Counted from the first letter of the whole stretch, positions 26,846 through 40,275 are shown. The stretch: 63,573 bases of DNA, filler included, from Octopus bimaculoides (GCF_001194135.2; 5 parts of 4 records of this genome joined end to end with filler, not necessarily neighbours in it), one strand, 5' to 3'. The notes: a model not told the origin generated them from the letters alone. Translations and numbers: made by a program.

Positions 26846-27836
26846 ATATAGTCCATATTTTGTATTATAGTGCATTGTTGTACCATTCAAAACATTTTAT
26901 TCTTTACAAACAATACACAATGCTTCAAGCGAACTACAATACTCTACTATATATATATATATAATACACATACATACACATATATATGTTACTCACCTAT
27001 AGTGAAATCTGCACTTCAGGAATATTTGGAAAGTATCTTTATATAAAGTACATGTTATATTGTGCTATCTGCATACGCTACATGAATATCAGCTGGAAAA
27101 AAATTCTATGTACAGTTTAATAACCTAACACTGTCTGAGTATGCAAATAAGTTCATCCTAGCAAGGTACCTCAATTCAAGTACCTAATTCAACTGAATCT
27201 AAATTACATTTATATAAGTATGTGTGTGTGGGGGGGGGGGAGTGAGAGAGAGAGAGAAAGAGAGAGAGAGAGGGAGGGACAGACAGACAGAAAAATGGAT
27301 GGATGGATGGATAGATAGATATATAGAGAGATAGCTAAAGTAGAAGGATACATTTATTCATATGTACATATGTTAACGTTTATATATGTATGTGTGTATG
27401 TATGCATGTATGTATGTATGTATGTATGTATGTATGTACGTGTGTGTGTGTATGTATGTAAGTATCTATGTATGTATGTATCTATGTATGTATGTATCTA
27501 TGTATGGATGTATCTATGTATGTATGTATCTATGTATGTATGCTGGTGTGTGTGAGTGGAAGAGAAAAGAATGCATGCAGAAATTCATAAAATGACAAAT
27601 CCTTGGTGAACGGAAGTTATAAACATATATTCATACCTAGAAACAGCTGAGAAAAAGGTGTCGNNNNNNNNNNNNNNNNNNNNNNNNNNNNNNNNNNNNN
27701 NNNNTACATATGCACAGCAAGCATATATAGATACATACATACATACATACATACATACATACATACATACATAATGAGGCATACACACACATACATATAT
27801 GCATATACATGTATGAATCTATATGTGTGTGTGTGT

Positions 27837-27879
<43 letters not shown>

Positions 27880-27882
<3 letters not shown>

Positions 27883-27975
27883 TGCCATCCGGTTTCACCA
27901 GTCCTCAGTCATATCGTCCAACCCATGCTAGCATGGAAAGCAGATGTTAAACGATGATGATGATGATGATGATGA
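27880..27975 (+). mobile_element. SINE family C 3' end with (GAT)n tail
   Basis: ccaacccatgctagcatggaaagcagatgttaaacgatgatgat; matches the reverse complement of 30170-30245. Confidence 0.8.
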
Positions 27976-28093
27976 TATGTATATGTATATCTACTTTTTA
28001 GGAAGTTAAAAGTTAGAGCTGGTCATACAGAGACCATTGTTTCTGAACCTATAAAGTGCTTAGCAGTATAGGTTACTCATCAGAGCTAAAAGG

Positions 28094-28127
<34 letters not shown>

Positions 28128-28135
<8 letters not shown>

Positions 28136-28400
28136 TGTCCACTCGTGACTGAGGAAGACCTTGACTAATCTTCAGGAACATTGTGCGCTCTAGGACTAAC
28201 TTATATTTTGCATTTGCAGCTCCGTTAGTGGCTAATGAGCCCTGCTCTTGACAAGCATACATGGCTGCAAGCATTGCAAACCAAGCTTCCCCCGTTCACC
28301 ACACCAACAGTGCACTTTCAAACAGCACGCTTAAGTTTTTCATGCAGAATACATGCTCTCTCAAAGGTGTTGACACCCTCCTTAACCTGCATCCTCCATC
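28128..28400 (-). mobile_element. RTE-clade LINE 3' end (5'-truncated)
   Basis: C-terminal CxxC..C.SRAGL.SH.R motif and 3' UTR ending ggacagccatcat; paralog at 32830-33070. Confidence 0.75.
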
Positions 28401-28985
28401 TGTGGTGATGACAGGCATTGCTCTCCCAGTCAGTTTCCTATGTATCACATACATACATACATANNNNNNNNNNNNNNNNNNNNNNNNNNNNNNNNNNNNN
28501 NNNNNNNNNNNNNNNNNNNNNNNNNNNNNNNNNNNNNNNNNNNNNNNNNNNNNNNNNNNNNNNTGTGTGTGTGTGTGTGTGTATAAAAATGCAGTGAAGA
28601 GCAATATTCGGGATTAGATTTCTAGAAATGTTTTTTCAGTTATTGCTCCGGAAACCTCACAGTCATGAAATAGATATTAGGGTAAGGGTTGACATTTCTC
28701 GTCTGACAAGCACAAAGAAATATTTACAAAATGAAAAAAAGAATGAATAATAAAGAAAAGAGAGCAAAAAAAAAAATTTTTTTAAAATAAGAAAGAAAAT
28801 GAAAGAGAACTTGCAGAAGACAACAATGAAGTCAAAAACCTCGAAACAAGTTAGACTATGGAAGAGTATTAACACTGTGCGTGTGTATCTGTTAGGAAGC
28901 ACACACACACACATACATATGTATACATGTATGCATGCATATATGTATGTATATGTGTATATATATTTATATATATATATATATG

Positions 28986-29027
<42 letters not shown>

Positions 29028-29364
29028 NNNNNNNNNNNNNNNNNNNNNNNNNNNNNNNNNNNNNNNNNNNNNNNNNNNNNNNNNNNNNNNNNNNNNNNNN
29101 NNNNNNNNNNNNNNNNNNNNNNNNNNNNNNNNNNNNNNNNNNNNNNNNNNNNNNNNNNNNNNNNNNNNNNNNNNNNNNNNNNNNNNNNNNNNNNNNNNNN
29201 NNNNNNGGGTTGGAGGAGAGGTAGAGAGAGAGGGAGAGAGAGAGATGTACTTATGTATGCATATACTAGATCATCCTGTAAATTGTTTTTTATGCTTCTT
29301 TACATTTTAAAAATTAAGATAAACAAAGTTCTTTTTAAATCTAAAATATACTCTCATTCATTTT

Positions 29365-29690
29365 CTACTTTTGGGGTCGATTGAATAAGTACCAGTTACG
29401 CACTGGTGTCAATGTTATCGACTTAATCCCTTTGTCTGTCCTTGTTTGTCCCCTCTATGTTTAGCCCCTTGTGGGCAATAAAGAAATAAGAAACGTTAGC
29501 ATGCCGGGCAAAATGCTTGGCGGTATTTCATGTCATTATGATCTGAGTACAAATTCTGCCAAGGTCAACTTTACCTTTCATCCTTTAGAGGTCGATAAAT
29601 TGAGTACCAGTCGCATACTGGGGTTGCTTTAATTGATTGGCCTCCTCCCCCCAAATTTCGGGCCTTATGCCTAGAGTAGAAAAAAAAGAA
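29365..29690 (+). mobile_element. SINE family A head-to-tail dimer (tail type 1 then tail type 2)
   Basis: 3' half ending aataaagaaataa joined to agaaacgttagc head of a second copy. Confidence 0.85.
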
Positions 29691-29694
29691 AAAG

Positions 29695-30450
29695 AAAAAT
29701 ACTCCTCCAATACTGTTCTGACCTTGTCTACAGAAGTCATATTTTTTCCATCCAAATGATTTTGAAGACTGCAGAATAAATGATAATTAGATGAGGCAAT
29801 GCCTGGTGAATATAGTGGGTGGGGCATCGTTTCCCATTCAAAGTGCTCCAGCCTTTAGAATGTCATAATTGCTGTATGTGGCTGAGCATTATCCTGATGG
29901 AAGAACGCCTTTCATCTTGAAACCAAAGATGGTCATTTTCCAATGGCATGCAGGTGTTGATGCATGGTTGAATGACCAAATTCAAGCTTCTCTGCCAGTT
30001 CCTCAAGAGTTACAATGGGATTTTGTTCCACCAGGGTTTGCAGGACGTCCTCGTTGAGCTCTACAGATCTTCCAGGATGAGGATCATCTTCAAGGCTGTA
30101 GTTTCTGGTTCAGAATTTCTGGAACCCACCATTTACACTGGCTTACACTTATTTTCCAATCCTTATCATCATCATCGTTTAACGTCCGCTTTCCATGCTA
30201 GCATGGGTTGGACGATTTGACTGAGGACTGGTGAAACCGGATGGCAACACCAGGCTCCAATCTAAATTTGGCAGAGTTTCTACAGCTGGATGCCCTTCCT
30301 AACGCCTTATATACTGCATTAATATTCTTCACACTTTCTATTGTGTTGTTGCCTTTATTGAACTCATAAAGCAAAATATGCCGAAGATGCTCCTTTGTCA
30401 CTTCCATTATAGCTTTAAAACAATAACTGTTAAAATCAAACTGCACTCTT
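29695..30450 (-). pseudogene. Internally deleted mariner, interrupted by SINE C
   Basis: MEVTKEHLRHILLYEFNKG; ELNEDVLQTLVEQNP..LEELAEKL; DNAQPH; PHPLYSPGIASSNYHLFCSLQNHL. Confidence 0.85.
30170..30305 (-). mobile_element. SINE family C 3' part
   Basis: Minus ggcgttaggaagggcatccagctgtag...gttaaacgatgatgat. Confidence 0.8.
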
Positions 30451-30990
30451 CAAAACTTGCACTAAGAATAATCACAAGGTAAAATTACTACCTGTTTTAT
30501 AGCAAGTTGATACAGGTAGTTTATACCTTCCCCCTCTGACTTTTATTTCATGTAACTNNNNNNNNNNNNNNNNNNNNNNNNNNNNNNNNNNNNNNNNNNN
30601 NNNNNNNNNNNNNNNNNNNNNNNNNNNNNNNNNNNNNNNNNNNNNNNNNNNNNNNNNNNNNNNNNNNNNNNNNNNNNNNNNNNNNNNNNNNNNNNNNNNN
30701 NNNNNNNNNNNNNNNNNNNNNNNNNNNNNNNNNNNNNNNNNNNNNNNNNNNNNNNNNNNNNNNNNNNNNNNNNNNNNNNNNNNNNNNNNNNNNNNNNNNN
30801 NNNNNNNNNNNNNNNNNNNNNNNNNNNNNNNNNNNNNNNNNNNNNNNNNNNNNNNNNNNNNNNNNNNNNNNNNNNNNNNNNNNNNNNNNNNNNNNNNNNN
30901 NNNNNNNNNNNNNNNNNNNNNNNNNNNNNNNNNNNNNCAGCACTAATTTTTACCATTTGACATTTGCGTATATACATATGCATATATAAT

Positions 30991-31035
<45 letters not shown>

Positions 31036-31359
31036 GCACGTAAGAAAAATAAGAAAATAGAGATAAATCGATTAATTATATTTGTTAATTACAAAAAAAG
31101 ACATAATCTGACAGCTGTTTCAATTCAGACATTATATATATCCTTCGATTTTGTTTGCAAGATTCTTTATGTGAATTTGTGTGTTGAAGCATATTTTATT
31201 GTGTCTGGGGAAAGTCATTCTCTTTTAATGCCTTATTATTTAACACACACACTGGTTAAGTTTTCATTCATTTACTAATTTATTTTTTCTAAAATTTTCA
31301 TTGCGTCTTGCAGCCTTTACAATCGTCATGACTCTGTCTATTATCAGAGCTGCATTCTT

Positions 31360-32606
31360 TTTGTTTGTTTGTGTGTATGTGTGTGCATCAGTATGCATGT
31401 GTATACATATATGTATGAATGTATGCATGTATGTATGTGTATGTATGCTTGTATGTGTGTGTGTGTATGCATATATATTCTGATTATATGTCTGTGCACA
31501 CGTTTGAATGTGGTGTGTGCCAGAGGGTTTGAAAATCCAATGGGGGTCTTAAAAGACATGTTAGGATCCACAATGAGCAGAACTTACTTGCAGGTATTGG
31601 TAGTGCAAATCAGAGGTGCAATCTGTGTGGTTTAAAAAGCCACATCAAACACCATGAAAGGGCTAAGGTGTAGGTGCAGGAGGTAGTCAAACTCTGTTTA
31701 AGGAGTAGACAACCACCACCACCATATATATGTATGTATGCATGTGTGTATGCTAGTATGTATGTATGTATTCTGCATATTCATGTGTTTGTGTGTTCAT
31801 GTTTGTGAGTTTGCATGTGTGTGTGTGTATGTGTGTGTGTGTGTGTTTGTATGCATGTGTGTGAATTTGTGCATGTGTATGTGTGTGCTTATCTGTCCAT
31901 ATTACCTATGTACCTATCTATCTATTTATCTATCTGTTTACTTACATATCCATTTACCTACACACACACACATGCATGCATGCATGCACATACACACATA
32001 CATGCACCCACACACATACATATATATACGTCTACTTAACAGCCTACTAACGACTCTACCTGTGTATATATAAACTTCAGGTATAGGGGTATGACTACCT
32101 TCTACGTATATTTCCTAATTAGTAGTGAGGATGTTTCATTTATGAGGGAGTACTCTTGTATTTGTCTGAGTGTTGGGTCCTTAGGGCGCTTGGATAAGAC
32201 GTGGGTGTCAAGTTGACTCAGCATACCTCTATGCTGGTCTTTGTCATGTTGGTAGAGTATGGAGGATTGTTTTTTGACGTCATATTGTCACAAATGTTCA
32301 GGTAGAGTTGTTAGTAGGCTGTTATGTAGACGTGTGTGTGTGTGTGTGTGTGTAGGTAAATGGATATGTAAGTAAACAGATAGATAAATAGATAGATAGG
32401 TACACAGGTAATATGGACAGACAAGCACACACACAAATGAAGAGTGAAACACATAACCATATATACAATTGTACACTTCATACACTCACGCAAGGACACA
32501 TATGGAGACACACATCCATACATAATAGACGCACATACATAGTCACACAAACCCATACACTTAGACACACTCAGACATACACACACAAGAAGACAGATGT
32601 AAACAC

Positions 32607-32674
<68 letters not shown>

Positions 32675-32830
32675 AGACATGAACACACAAACACATTAAT
32701 ATGCAGAAACATACATACAAGCATACACATATGCATACATATATATATGCATGCACACACATACATACATGCACACACATACAAACATACATACATACAT
32801 ACATACATACATACATACATACATACATAC
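31360..32830. repeat. Inverted duplication (arms ~31360-32062 and ~32298-32830, spacer ~235 bp)
   Basis: Unique blocks such as ctgtccatattacct.tgtacctatc and cgtctac.taacagcctactaac.actctacctg recur reverse-complemented. Confidence 0.8.
31479..31722 (+). mobile_element. RTE-like 3' end encoding C2H2 fingers, with 9-bp TSD
   Basis: FECGVCQRV*KSNGGLKRHVRIH; tail caaccaccaccac; catatatat at 31470-31478 and 31723-31731; paralog 45985-46414. Confidence 0.75.
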
Positions 32831-33070
32831 ATGATGATGGCCGTCCACTCATGACCGAGGAAGACCATTGCTGACCTTCGGGAACATTGTGCGCTCTAGG
32901 ACTAACTTATATTTTGCATTTGCAGCTCCGTTGGTGGCTAATGAGCCCTGCTCTTGACAAGCATACACGACTGCAAACATTGCAGACCAAGCTTTCCCCA
33001 TGCACTTTCGTGCAGCTCGCTTAAGTTCTTCATGCTGGATATGTGCTCTCTCAAAAGTGTCGATCCCCTG
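32830..33070 (-). mobile_element. RTE-clade LINE 3' end
   Basis: LVCNVCSRVCLSRAGLISHQRSCKCKI*; paralog 28128-28400. Confidence 0.8.
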
Positions 33071-33077
33071 CTTAACC

Positions 33078-33315
33078 TGTGTGGTAACGACAGAGGTATT
33101 GCTCTACTCTAAGCTGCTGGCAAAGTTCTGGCAAATATTTTTCTTACCCGTCTGAATGGGTGTCTCGTAAATGATGTCCTATCTGAATCTCAATGTGGCT
33201 TCCAATCTGGTAGAGGGACAATGGATATGATTTTCACAGCAAGACAGATGCAGGAGAAGTGCTAAGAGTAGAATATGGATCTTGTCCAGGTATTCATTGA
33301 TTTAACAAAGGCCTT

Positions 33316-33320
<5 letters not shown>
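33078..33320 (+). pseudogene. RTE-clade RT fragment (N-terminal RT motifs)
   Basis: GIALL*AAGKVLA..LSESQCGFQSGRGTMDMIFTARQMQEKC..FIDLTKAFD. Confidence 0.85.
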
Positions 33321-33382
<62 letters not shown>

Positions 33383-34012
33383 CATATACACATGTAAAAC
33401 AGAGATAGTTTTAAAGAAAATCACATCTTTAATTGTAGAATTCACCTTACAAAGTCAACAATAGTTTTTGTGGTGTTGACGTATATATTAATATTTCTGA
33501 AAACACATGTTAACGCAACATTTTCAAGGTTATCCGAAATTTGTCAAATTCTAAGTGACTCTATGTATATAAATATATGCATAAATATGCACACACACAC
33601 ATGTACAAGCACACATATATGTATATATATGCACAATTAAGTAAATATGTTTACGTATATGGGTAAGTGTATGTGTGTCTGCATTTTGTACATGCATATA
33701 CTTACACATACATGTATTTTTCCATTCGTCAATGTTTTCCATTTGTCAATGTTTTCCATTTGTCAATGTTTTCCATCCAATTACTTTAAAAGTTTTTAGT
33801 ACTTTATACAGAAGTACACAACTATGTATATACATCATCATGATCATCACCACCACCACCAACAACAACAACAACAACACCAACACAACCACCACCACCA
33901 CCACTACCACCAACACAACCACCACCATCTTCATTATTTAACACCCTCCTTCCATGCTGGTATGGCTTGGATGTTTTGACAGGAGCTGGCTAGCTGAAGA
34001 TTGCATCAAGAT

Positions 34013-34250
34013 TGCATTAAGGTAGCAAACTGACAGAATTGTTAGCACGCTGAGCAAAATGCTTAGCTGTATTTCGTCTGTCTTTACGTTCTGAGTTCAA
34101 ATTCCACCGAGGTTGACTTTGTCTTTCATCCTTTCGGGGTCGATAAATTAAGTACCAGTTACGCACTGGGGTCGATGCAATCGACTTAATCCCTTTGTCT
34201 GTCCTTGTTTGTCCCCTCTATGTTTAGCCCCTTGTGGGCAATAAAGAAAT
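34013..34250 (+). mobile_element. SINE family A copy with 16-bp TSD, inserted in a degenerate SINE C tail
   Basis: aagattgcatcaagat at 33997-34012 and 34251-34266. Confidence 0.85.
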
Positions 34251-35867
34251 AAGATTGCATCAAGATCTACTATCTACTTTGGCATTGTTTTTATGCTTGG
34301 AAGCCTTTTGAAACACTAACCCCTTAACAGGGTGTAAAGGGTGCTTTTTACAGGGCACCAGCAGCAGTGAGGTCGCCAGGTAACTAGCAGGTAAAGAAAG
34401 GAAAAAAAAAACCAAGGAGGCAGGAAAAGAAAAAAAGAAAAAGCATCCTTGACTAAATAGTGGGAGTTTAGAATTTGAGAACAGGAAAAAGGGCCATGGT
34501 TCTATGCCAGGAGTTGAGATGCTAAAGTGCAATGGAAGAACAAGCCCGGGTGTGTTGCTACAAAGATACAAGGCTATCCAGAAATATAGAAGGGTGAGAG
34601 GGAGCAATTGGAAAGCTGGAAAGAAGACAGAAGTGGTGGTGGAATGCTGGAGCACTTCACAATACATAGGCCCACAGGAAAGGTGGATATACATCTTGTG
34701 ATACGAGATGCTCACCCTCTCTTACAACTATCGTCTGGAGATCTCAGACTAGTTCTTGATAAGAATGTTTTCTGTTTTGTATTTAAGCCAATTGCTCAAA
34801 TGATATAATTCTGACAATATAAAGAGAACTAGATAAATATGACAGTACTGTAAAATGCATTATAAAACTAAGTGTATTCTATATCTCAAAACACACACAC
34901 CCAGCCTTTAGACATTGTGAACATTCAACAGAAAGAGAATTCCAATAAGAGCAATGTCTTATAAAAGTTCTCAATGTCAAGAAAGCAGCCATAGCATGAA
35001 AGTCGTTGATTTATGCCAAGTATGATTGTTTCTTTCTGTTTTTTAACCAAAACAATAATGAATTATTTTTGGCACTTCTTCTAATTACTAATTTTAAGAA
35101 GCACATTATGCTTGGAGTGACTCCAGTCAAACTGTGGGTTGTACTTGACTGTCATCAAGGTTTTTATAATTGAATAGACTCCAAATAGGCTGGCATTGGT
35201 CAGTGTTAGCATGACTTATGACATTATGTGGTTAAATTGGTAAAAGGGGTGCTATGGACTTAGCATGAGGAGTGGATAATCCATTTTGGATAGTATCCTT
35301 CTTCAGGGAAAAGTTGAAAGGTGAGAAATTAATAACAGCACAGTTTACATAATTTGAGTTAAAAACTGGCTGCAGCTGATGAGAACACAAGACCATGGAG
35401 GTTTTATATGTCAACAAGAAGAGGTAGGAGAACCAGTGTAAGAAGGAAGAAGGAAAAGAGTAATGGAATGAGGAGAAACAAGCAAAGTCAAGAGTGAGAT
35501 GAAGGGAAAAGATGAGGAGAGAGGGGAGTTGAAGGATAACACAAGTTTAGTGGACTAGCAGATCAACACCAGCCTCTTTGGATACTATTTGACCAAAAAT
35601 ATAATGATCAAACAGACTTCAAAAAGGCCAGTGTTGGTCTGCATTGACAAGGCTAATGTTATGTAGAAAAATCAATAAAAAGAGTACAGTGAACTTACCA
35701 TGAGGAGGGGAAAATCCAATGTTTCAGACAGTGTCCTTCCTTGTGAACTGTTGAAAGCAGAGAAATTAACGAGACAGTAGAATTTCACATGCTCTTGAGT
35801 TGCAACAAGTTCATGGTGCCTATTCTAGAAAGGATTAATGTTCTGTTTAAACTGTTACAGATCAATG

Positions 35868-35974
35868 CCTAGTACTTATTCTATCGGTCTCTTTTGCCGA
35901 ACCGCTAAGTTACGGGGACCTAAACACACCACCATTGGTTGTCAAGTGATGTTGGGGGGACAAACACACACACA

Positions 35975-36022
<48 letters not shown>

Positions 36023-36192
36023 CGTATATACGATGGGCTTCTTTCAGTTTCTGTCTACCAAATCCACTCACAAGGCTTTGGTTGGCCTGAGGCTATTGTA
36101 GAAGACACTTGCCCAAGGTACCACGCAGTGGCAATGAACCTGAAACCATGTGGTTCGTAAGCAAGCTACTTACCATACAGCCACTCCTGCAC
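35868..36192 (-). mobile_element. SINE family B copy with internal (CA)n
   Basis: Reverse complement of the family B consensus blocks. Confidence 0.85.
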
Positions 36193-37119
36193 CTATTTCA
36201 TAAGTTTCTGTAGCATTTTTGCTCAATTTAGCATAAAACTTTATTGCATAGCAAATTTCCATATTGTCATCATGTTCCGACTACATTCCACAAATTAATC
36301 AGCTGTAACAAGCAGTGTGTAGTAGAACGTGTTCAAAGCATTGTTATATTCATCGCCTTCAATCTGGAATAACAAAAGTTAGTAGGTTAGCTTATTAGAT
36401 GCATAGTAACAATATATTAAAATTAAAATAATCTAGAATAGTTATAACTACCTCTCCTAAAAAGTCTCAAAATTTCTGGATTGCACCTTGTGCTAAACAC
36501 AACTGAAATTTCCTTGGATGTTGAGCCAGACACAGTTGGAAAATGTTAACAGTGTTAAAATTCCTTCATGCATGAATGAAAAAAAGAAACAGAATGAATC
36601 AAAGTGATGACTATTTGTTTCAAAAATGTTCTGTCTTGGACTATAAAGCCAGGTACACTTATTTGAATAATGACAGTAAATAAATAAATGAATAAATAAA
36701 TGTTTTATTCAGCATTTATTGAAACATTCCTGTGAATTTTTTCAGTGACTTTATTTTTCATGTAACCTAGCTTTATTTTCTTGTGATTTTTCCTGTGACA
36801 GCTTTTTTAGAGATTGTTTCAAAATTTGTCCCATTTAAAATATTGACTCAACTATTCTTTCTAAGATCTCTTATGGAGCAAAGTCAAATGTGATTAAAAA
36901 TGCTAATCCTAACATTAAAACAGAAACAGCATTAAATAGTACACAAAGGAGAAAGTTAAATTAATAATTTCAAACCTCGAGAAACAGCAAAACAGGAGTG
37001 GTTGTGTAGCAGCTGTATTACAAAAGAAACAGAATCATTTTATTTCCCATGCTTGTTATGTCATGTATTTAGCAAAAGTTTTGAGAACAATAACAGGAGA
37101 TTGACATCTAAATATCTGG

Positions 37120-37300
37120 TGAGCTGGTGGAATTGTTAGCCTACTGGACAAAATATCTAACAGCATTTTGCCTGTCTTTACATTCTAAGTTCAAATTCTT
37201 CTGTGGTTGACTTTGTCTTTCATCCTTTCAGGATTGATAAAATAAGTAACGGTCATATAAATGGGTCGATGAAAGCAACTAGTCCTCTCATCCAAAATTT
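37120..37300 (+). mobile_element. Degenerate SINE family A
   Basis: gagctggtggaattgttagc...gttcaaattc..gactttgtctttcatcctttc. Confidence 0.7.
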
Positions 37301-37649
37301 ACAGTCTTTTGCCTGTGATAGAAAAGATCGTCAACATCGTCATTATCATCACTGTTGTCATTGTTGTTGCTGCCATTGTCATCGCTATTGCTGTCGTCAT
37401 CATTTTGGTTGTCATCATTGTCTTCGTTGTTGTCATTGTCATTATAATTATGTGTTTTACTTTCCTTTCAATTTTGTTTCCGTTTCTTGTTGTCTTCCCA
37501 ACACCTAGGGCAAAGAAACTCACTGTATACATTGATAAGCCATTAAAATAAACACACCAGACACTGTATATATTGATAGGTCACTAAAGTAAATACACCA
37601 GATTGTTCATTTTCAAAATCAAATGAAGTTATGAAAAAATATTATTTAC

Positions 37650-38246
37650 ATGGACGGTTATTGTTCTTGCAGCAACAATGATCTTATCAATACATGTGCC
37701 GTTGCCAGTTTAAACAATCTTTTGCACTTCTTGCAGGGATGATAAGTCAGGAATCATTCTCAAATAATTTGCAGTTCCATTTTTGATCATTCCATGTGTT
37801 CTTACAATCACTGGTGTTGTAACCACCTTGAGATGTCGCATGTTTTTTCAATTTCAAGAGCAAATCTTTTATATTTTCTGAGTTTGTCAAATTCTGTTGC
37901 TGAGACATTATGACCCCAAGAAATACGCATGTTGATCAATAGACAGACTTTACCATACTGGTCTTTTCCAACTTATATTCAATATATTAGCTTTGATGGT
38001 TTTGTCTCTATGCACTGGAAAGCTTCAAAGAATTGTTATACTTTCTCCCTCAGGGTGCTGCTTATACCATTTGTCAACAATTTTGATTTTAGTGGCTGTG
38101 TGGTAAGTAGCTTGCTTACCAACCACATGATTCCGGGTTCATCCCCACTGCATGGCACCTTGGGCAAGTGTCTTCTACTATAGCCTCGGGCCGACCAAAA
38201 GCCTTGTGAGTGGATTTGGTAGATGGAAACTGAAAGAAGCTCATCG

Positions 38247-38279
<33 letters not shown>

Positions 38280-38800
38280 CTGTGTTTGTCCCCCCAGCAT
38301 CGCTTGACAACCGATGGTGGTGTGTTTACATCCCTGTAACTTAGTGGTTTGGCAAAAGAAGACCAATAGAATAAGTACTAGGCTTACAAAGAATAAGTCC
38401 TGGGGTTGATTTGCTCGACTAAATGGCGATGCTCCAGCATGGCCACAGTCAAATGACTGAAACAAGTAAAAGAGTAAAGGAGCATATTAACCAGTGTAGA
38501 TATTGGCCAATTCTGTAATGTCTTGATTTATACTCTTCTGGTGCTAAAACCTATCATCCAGAAATTAAGAGGTCCACTGTTTCGATCTCATCATTGTAGA
38601 ATCAGCACTTTGGACCTATTTCACTTTTCATCACATTGGTTTGGCAGCTCTGGATTAATAAGTTTCATTTTGTACCTTTAGCTCTGAGCTTTGTAGTCAC
38701 TGATAGGTATGCTTCTGGTCAACATCAGCTTTTTTGCCACGGGTCACATATTTGCTATATGTCAAACACCATTAATGGCACATTGTTAAGAGTCATATAT
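37650..38800 (-). pseudogene. R4/Dong-like 3' fragment (CCHC and RLE), interrupted by SINE B
   Basis: ADVDQ; ETVDLLISG; CLLINM..HNVSATEFDKLRKY; TTPVIV; LQEVQKIV. Confidence 0.7.
38092..38478 (+). mobile_element. SINE family B, near full length
   Basis: gtggctgtgtggtaagtagcttgc...ccagcatggccacagtcaaatgactgaaacaagtaaaagag. Confidence 0.9.
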
Positions 38801-39494
38801 TATTATTACTAGCTTAAAAGCCGCATGATAGGATGGCTTTTAGGCTAGCTCCTGTGGAGGGCTCTTCATTGGGCTTTGGGCTCAACAATGACACTACAGG
38901 CATTCAGTACATATTAAATTTTTATTAAACTTAAGCAATATTTTTCAAGCAATGAACAATTTTCATCAAAACAATGATATAATTTGTCAACTTGGAACTT
39001 ATTGCAAAGCTGCATGATAAACAACATTTTTTGTCTTCCCATTCAGGAGTCAGTACAGTATGTTTTCTTTCTAACTTCTTTCTTTCTCTCTCTCTCTTTC
39101 TGTTGATTGTTTTCAACCATCACCAGTACCACCATCATTGCTACCACAACTGCCATACACACCCCATTCAGACTTCTGATGCTACCGCCCTCAATACCTT
39201 TGACTTCGCTGCCTTCCCCTCCACCACCATCACCACTGTCTTTCACATTGCTTACTATCACCGTCGGATCTGCCTCTATCACAAATACAGCTCATACTAT
39301 TATTATCACCCCATTACTATCACAACCGTCAGTCTACTACTTCCCTCACCATCCCTGTGTCTATTATTACTCTCACCCAATATGAGGAATAGTAGAAGTG
39401 TAATTGAGTAGTGAGAGAGAGAGCGTCAACGTGTGACACACTGACACACAGAAAATCGTTTTGGCATTTATTATTATAGATTATTGTTGTTGTT

Positions 39495-39612
39495 GTTAAG
39501 GCAGTGAGCTGGCAGGCTGTTAGCATACTGGGCAAGATGTTTAGCAGCATTTCATCCATTTGCATGATCTGAGTTCAAATTCCACTGAGGTTGCCTTTGC
39601 CTTTTATTCTTT
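39495..39612 (+). mobile_element. SINE family A 5' half
   Basis: aaggcagtgagctggcag...ctgagttcaaattccac. Confidence 0.7.
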
Positions 39613-39619
39613 CAAGACC

Positions 39620-39770
39620 ATACTTCTCACACAATCTCCAGTGATCATACCTAGCTTCGTTAGCATGCCTCCATTTGTATTCCTTTTAAGCCAATTTACT
39701 ACACTCCCTCGCAGTATGTAACGGTTTCGTTTTTGATGCCACATACCCAACAAAGAGGTGATCCAATACT
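39620..39770 (-). mobile_element. R4/Dong-like CCHC fragment
   Basis: SPLCWVCGIKNETV..ECSKLA*KEYKWRH..HWRLCEKYG. Confidence 0.65.
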
Positions 39771-39804
39771 CTATCTATTTGGAACTTGATGTAATTAGTT
39801 CTCA

Positions 39805-39851
<47 letters not shown>

Positions 39852-39854
39852 CAT

Positions 39855-40128
39855 CAAGGACTGGAAGAACGGTGGTAGCAGGGAATTGTACCAATGTGCC
39901 AGAAGGGAGGCTAGGCGACAGGTTTATTTAGCCAGAGGGGAAGCAGATAAGGAAAGATTTGCCAATGTTCTGCGCCGTGAGGACCAAAGACTCGAGGTAT
40001 TTCGTGTTGCAAGACAGTGTAGGAGAGAGAATAGTGATGTTGTAGGAGAGAAATGTGTTCGCATGGATGATGGTACGCTTGCATTAAACGAGGATGCAAA
40101 GAAAGAGGTCTGGAGATGCCACTACGAT
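39855..40128 (+). mobile_element. RTE-clade LINE inter-domain fragment
   Basis: Open frame YQCARREARRQVYLAR..EVFRVARQCRRENSDVVGEKCVRMDDG..KKEVWRCHY, typical of the APE-RT linker; runs into a gap. Confidence 0.65.
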
Positions 40129-40228
40129 NNNNNNNNNNNNNNNNNNNNNNNNNNNNNNNNNNNNNNNNNNNNTTAATTAATTAANNNNNNNNNNNNNNNN
40201 NNNNNNNNNNNNNNNNNNNNNNNNNNNN

Positions 40229-40275
<47 letters not shown>

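Noticed and set aside
33722-33776. 17-bp tandem repeat aatgttttccatttgtc (about 3 copies) as a CRISPR-like array
   Set aside because: No spacers and eukaryotic context; simple slippage duplication
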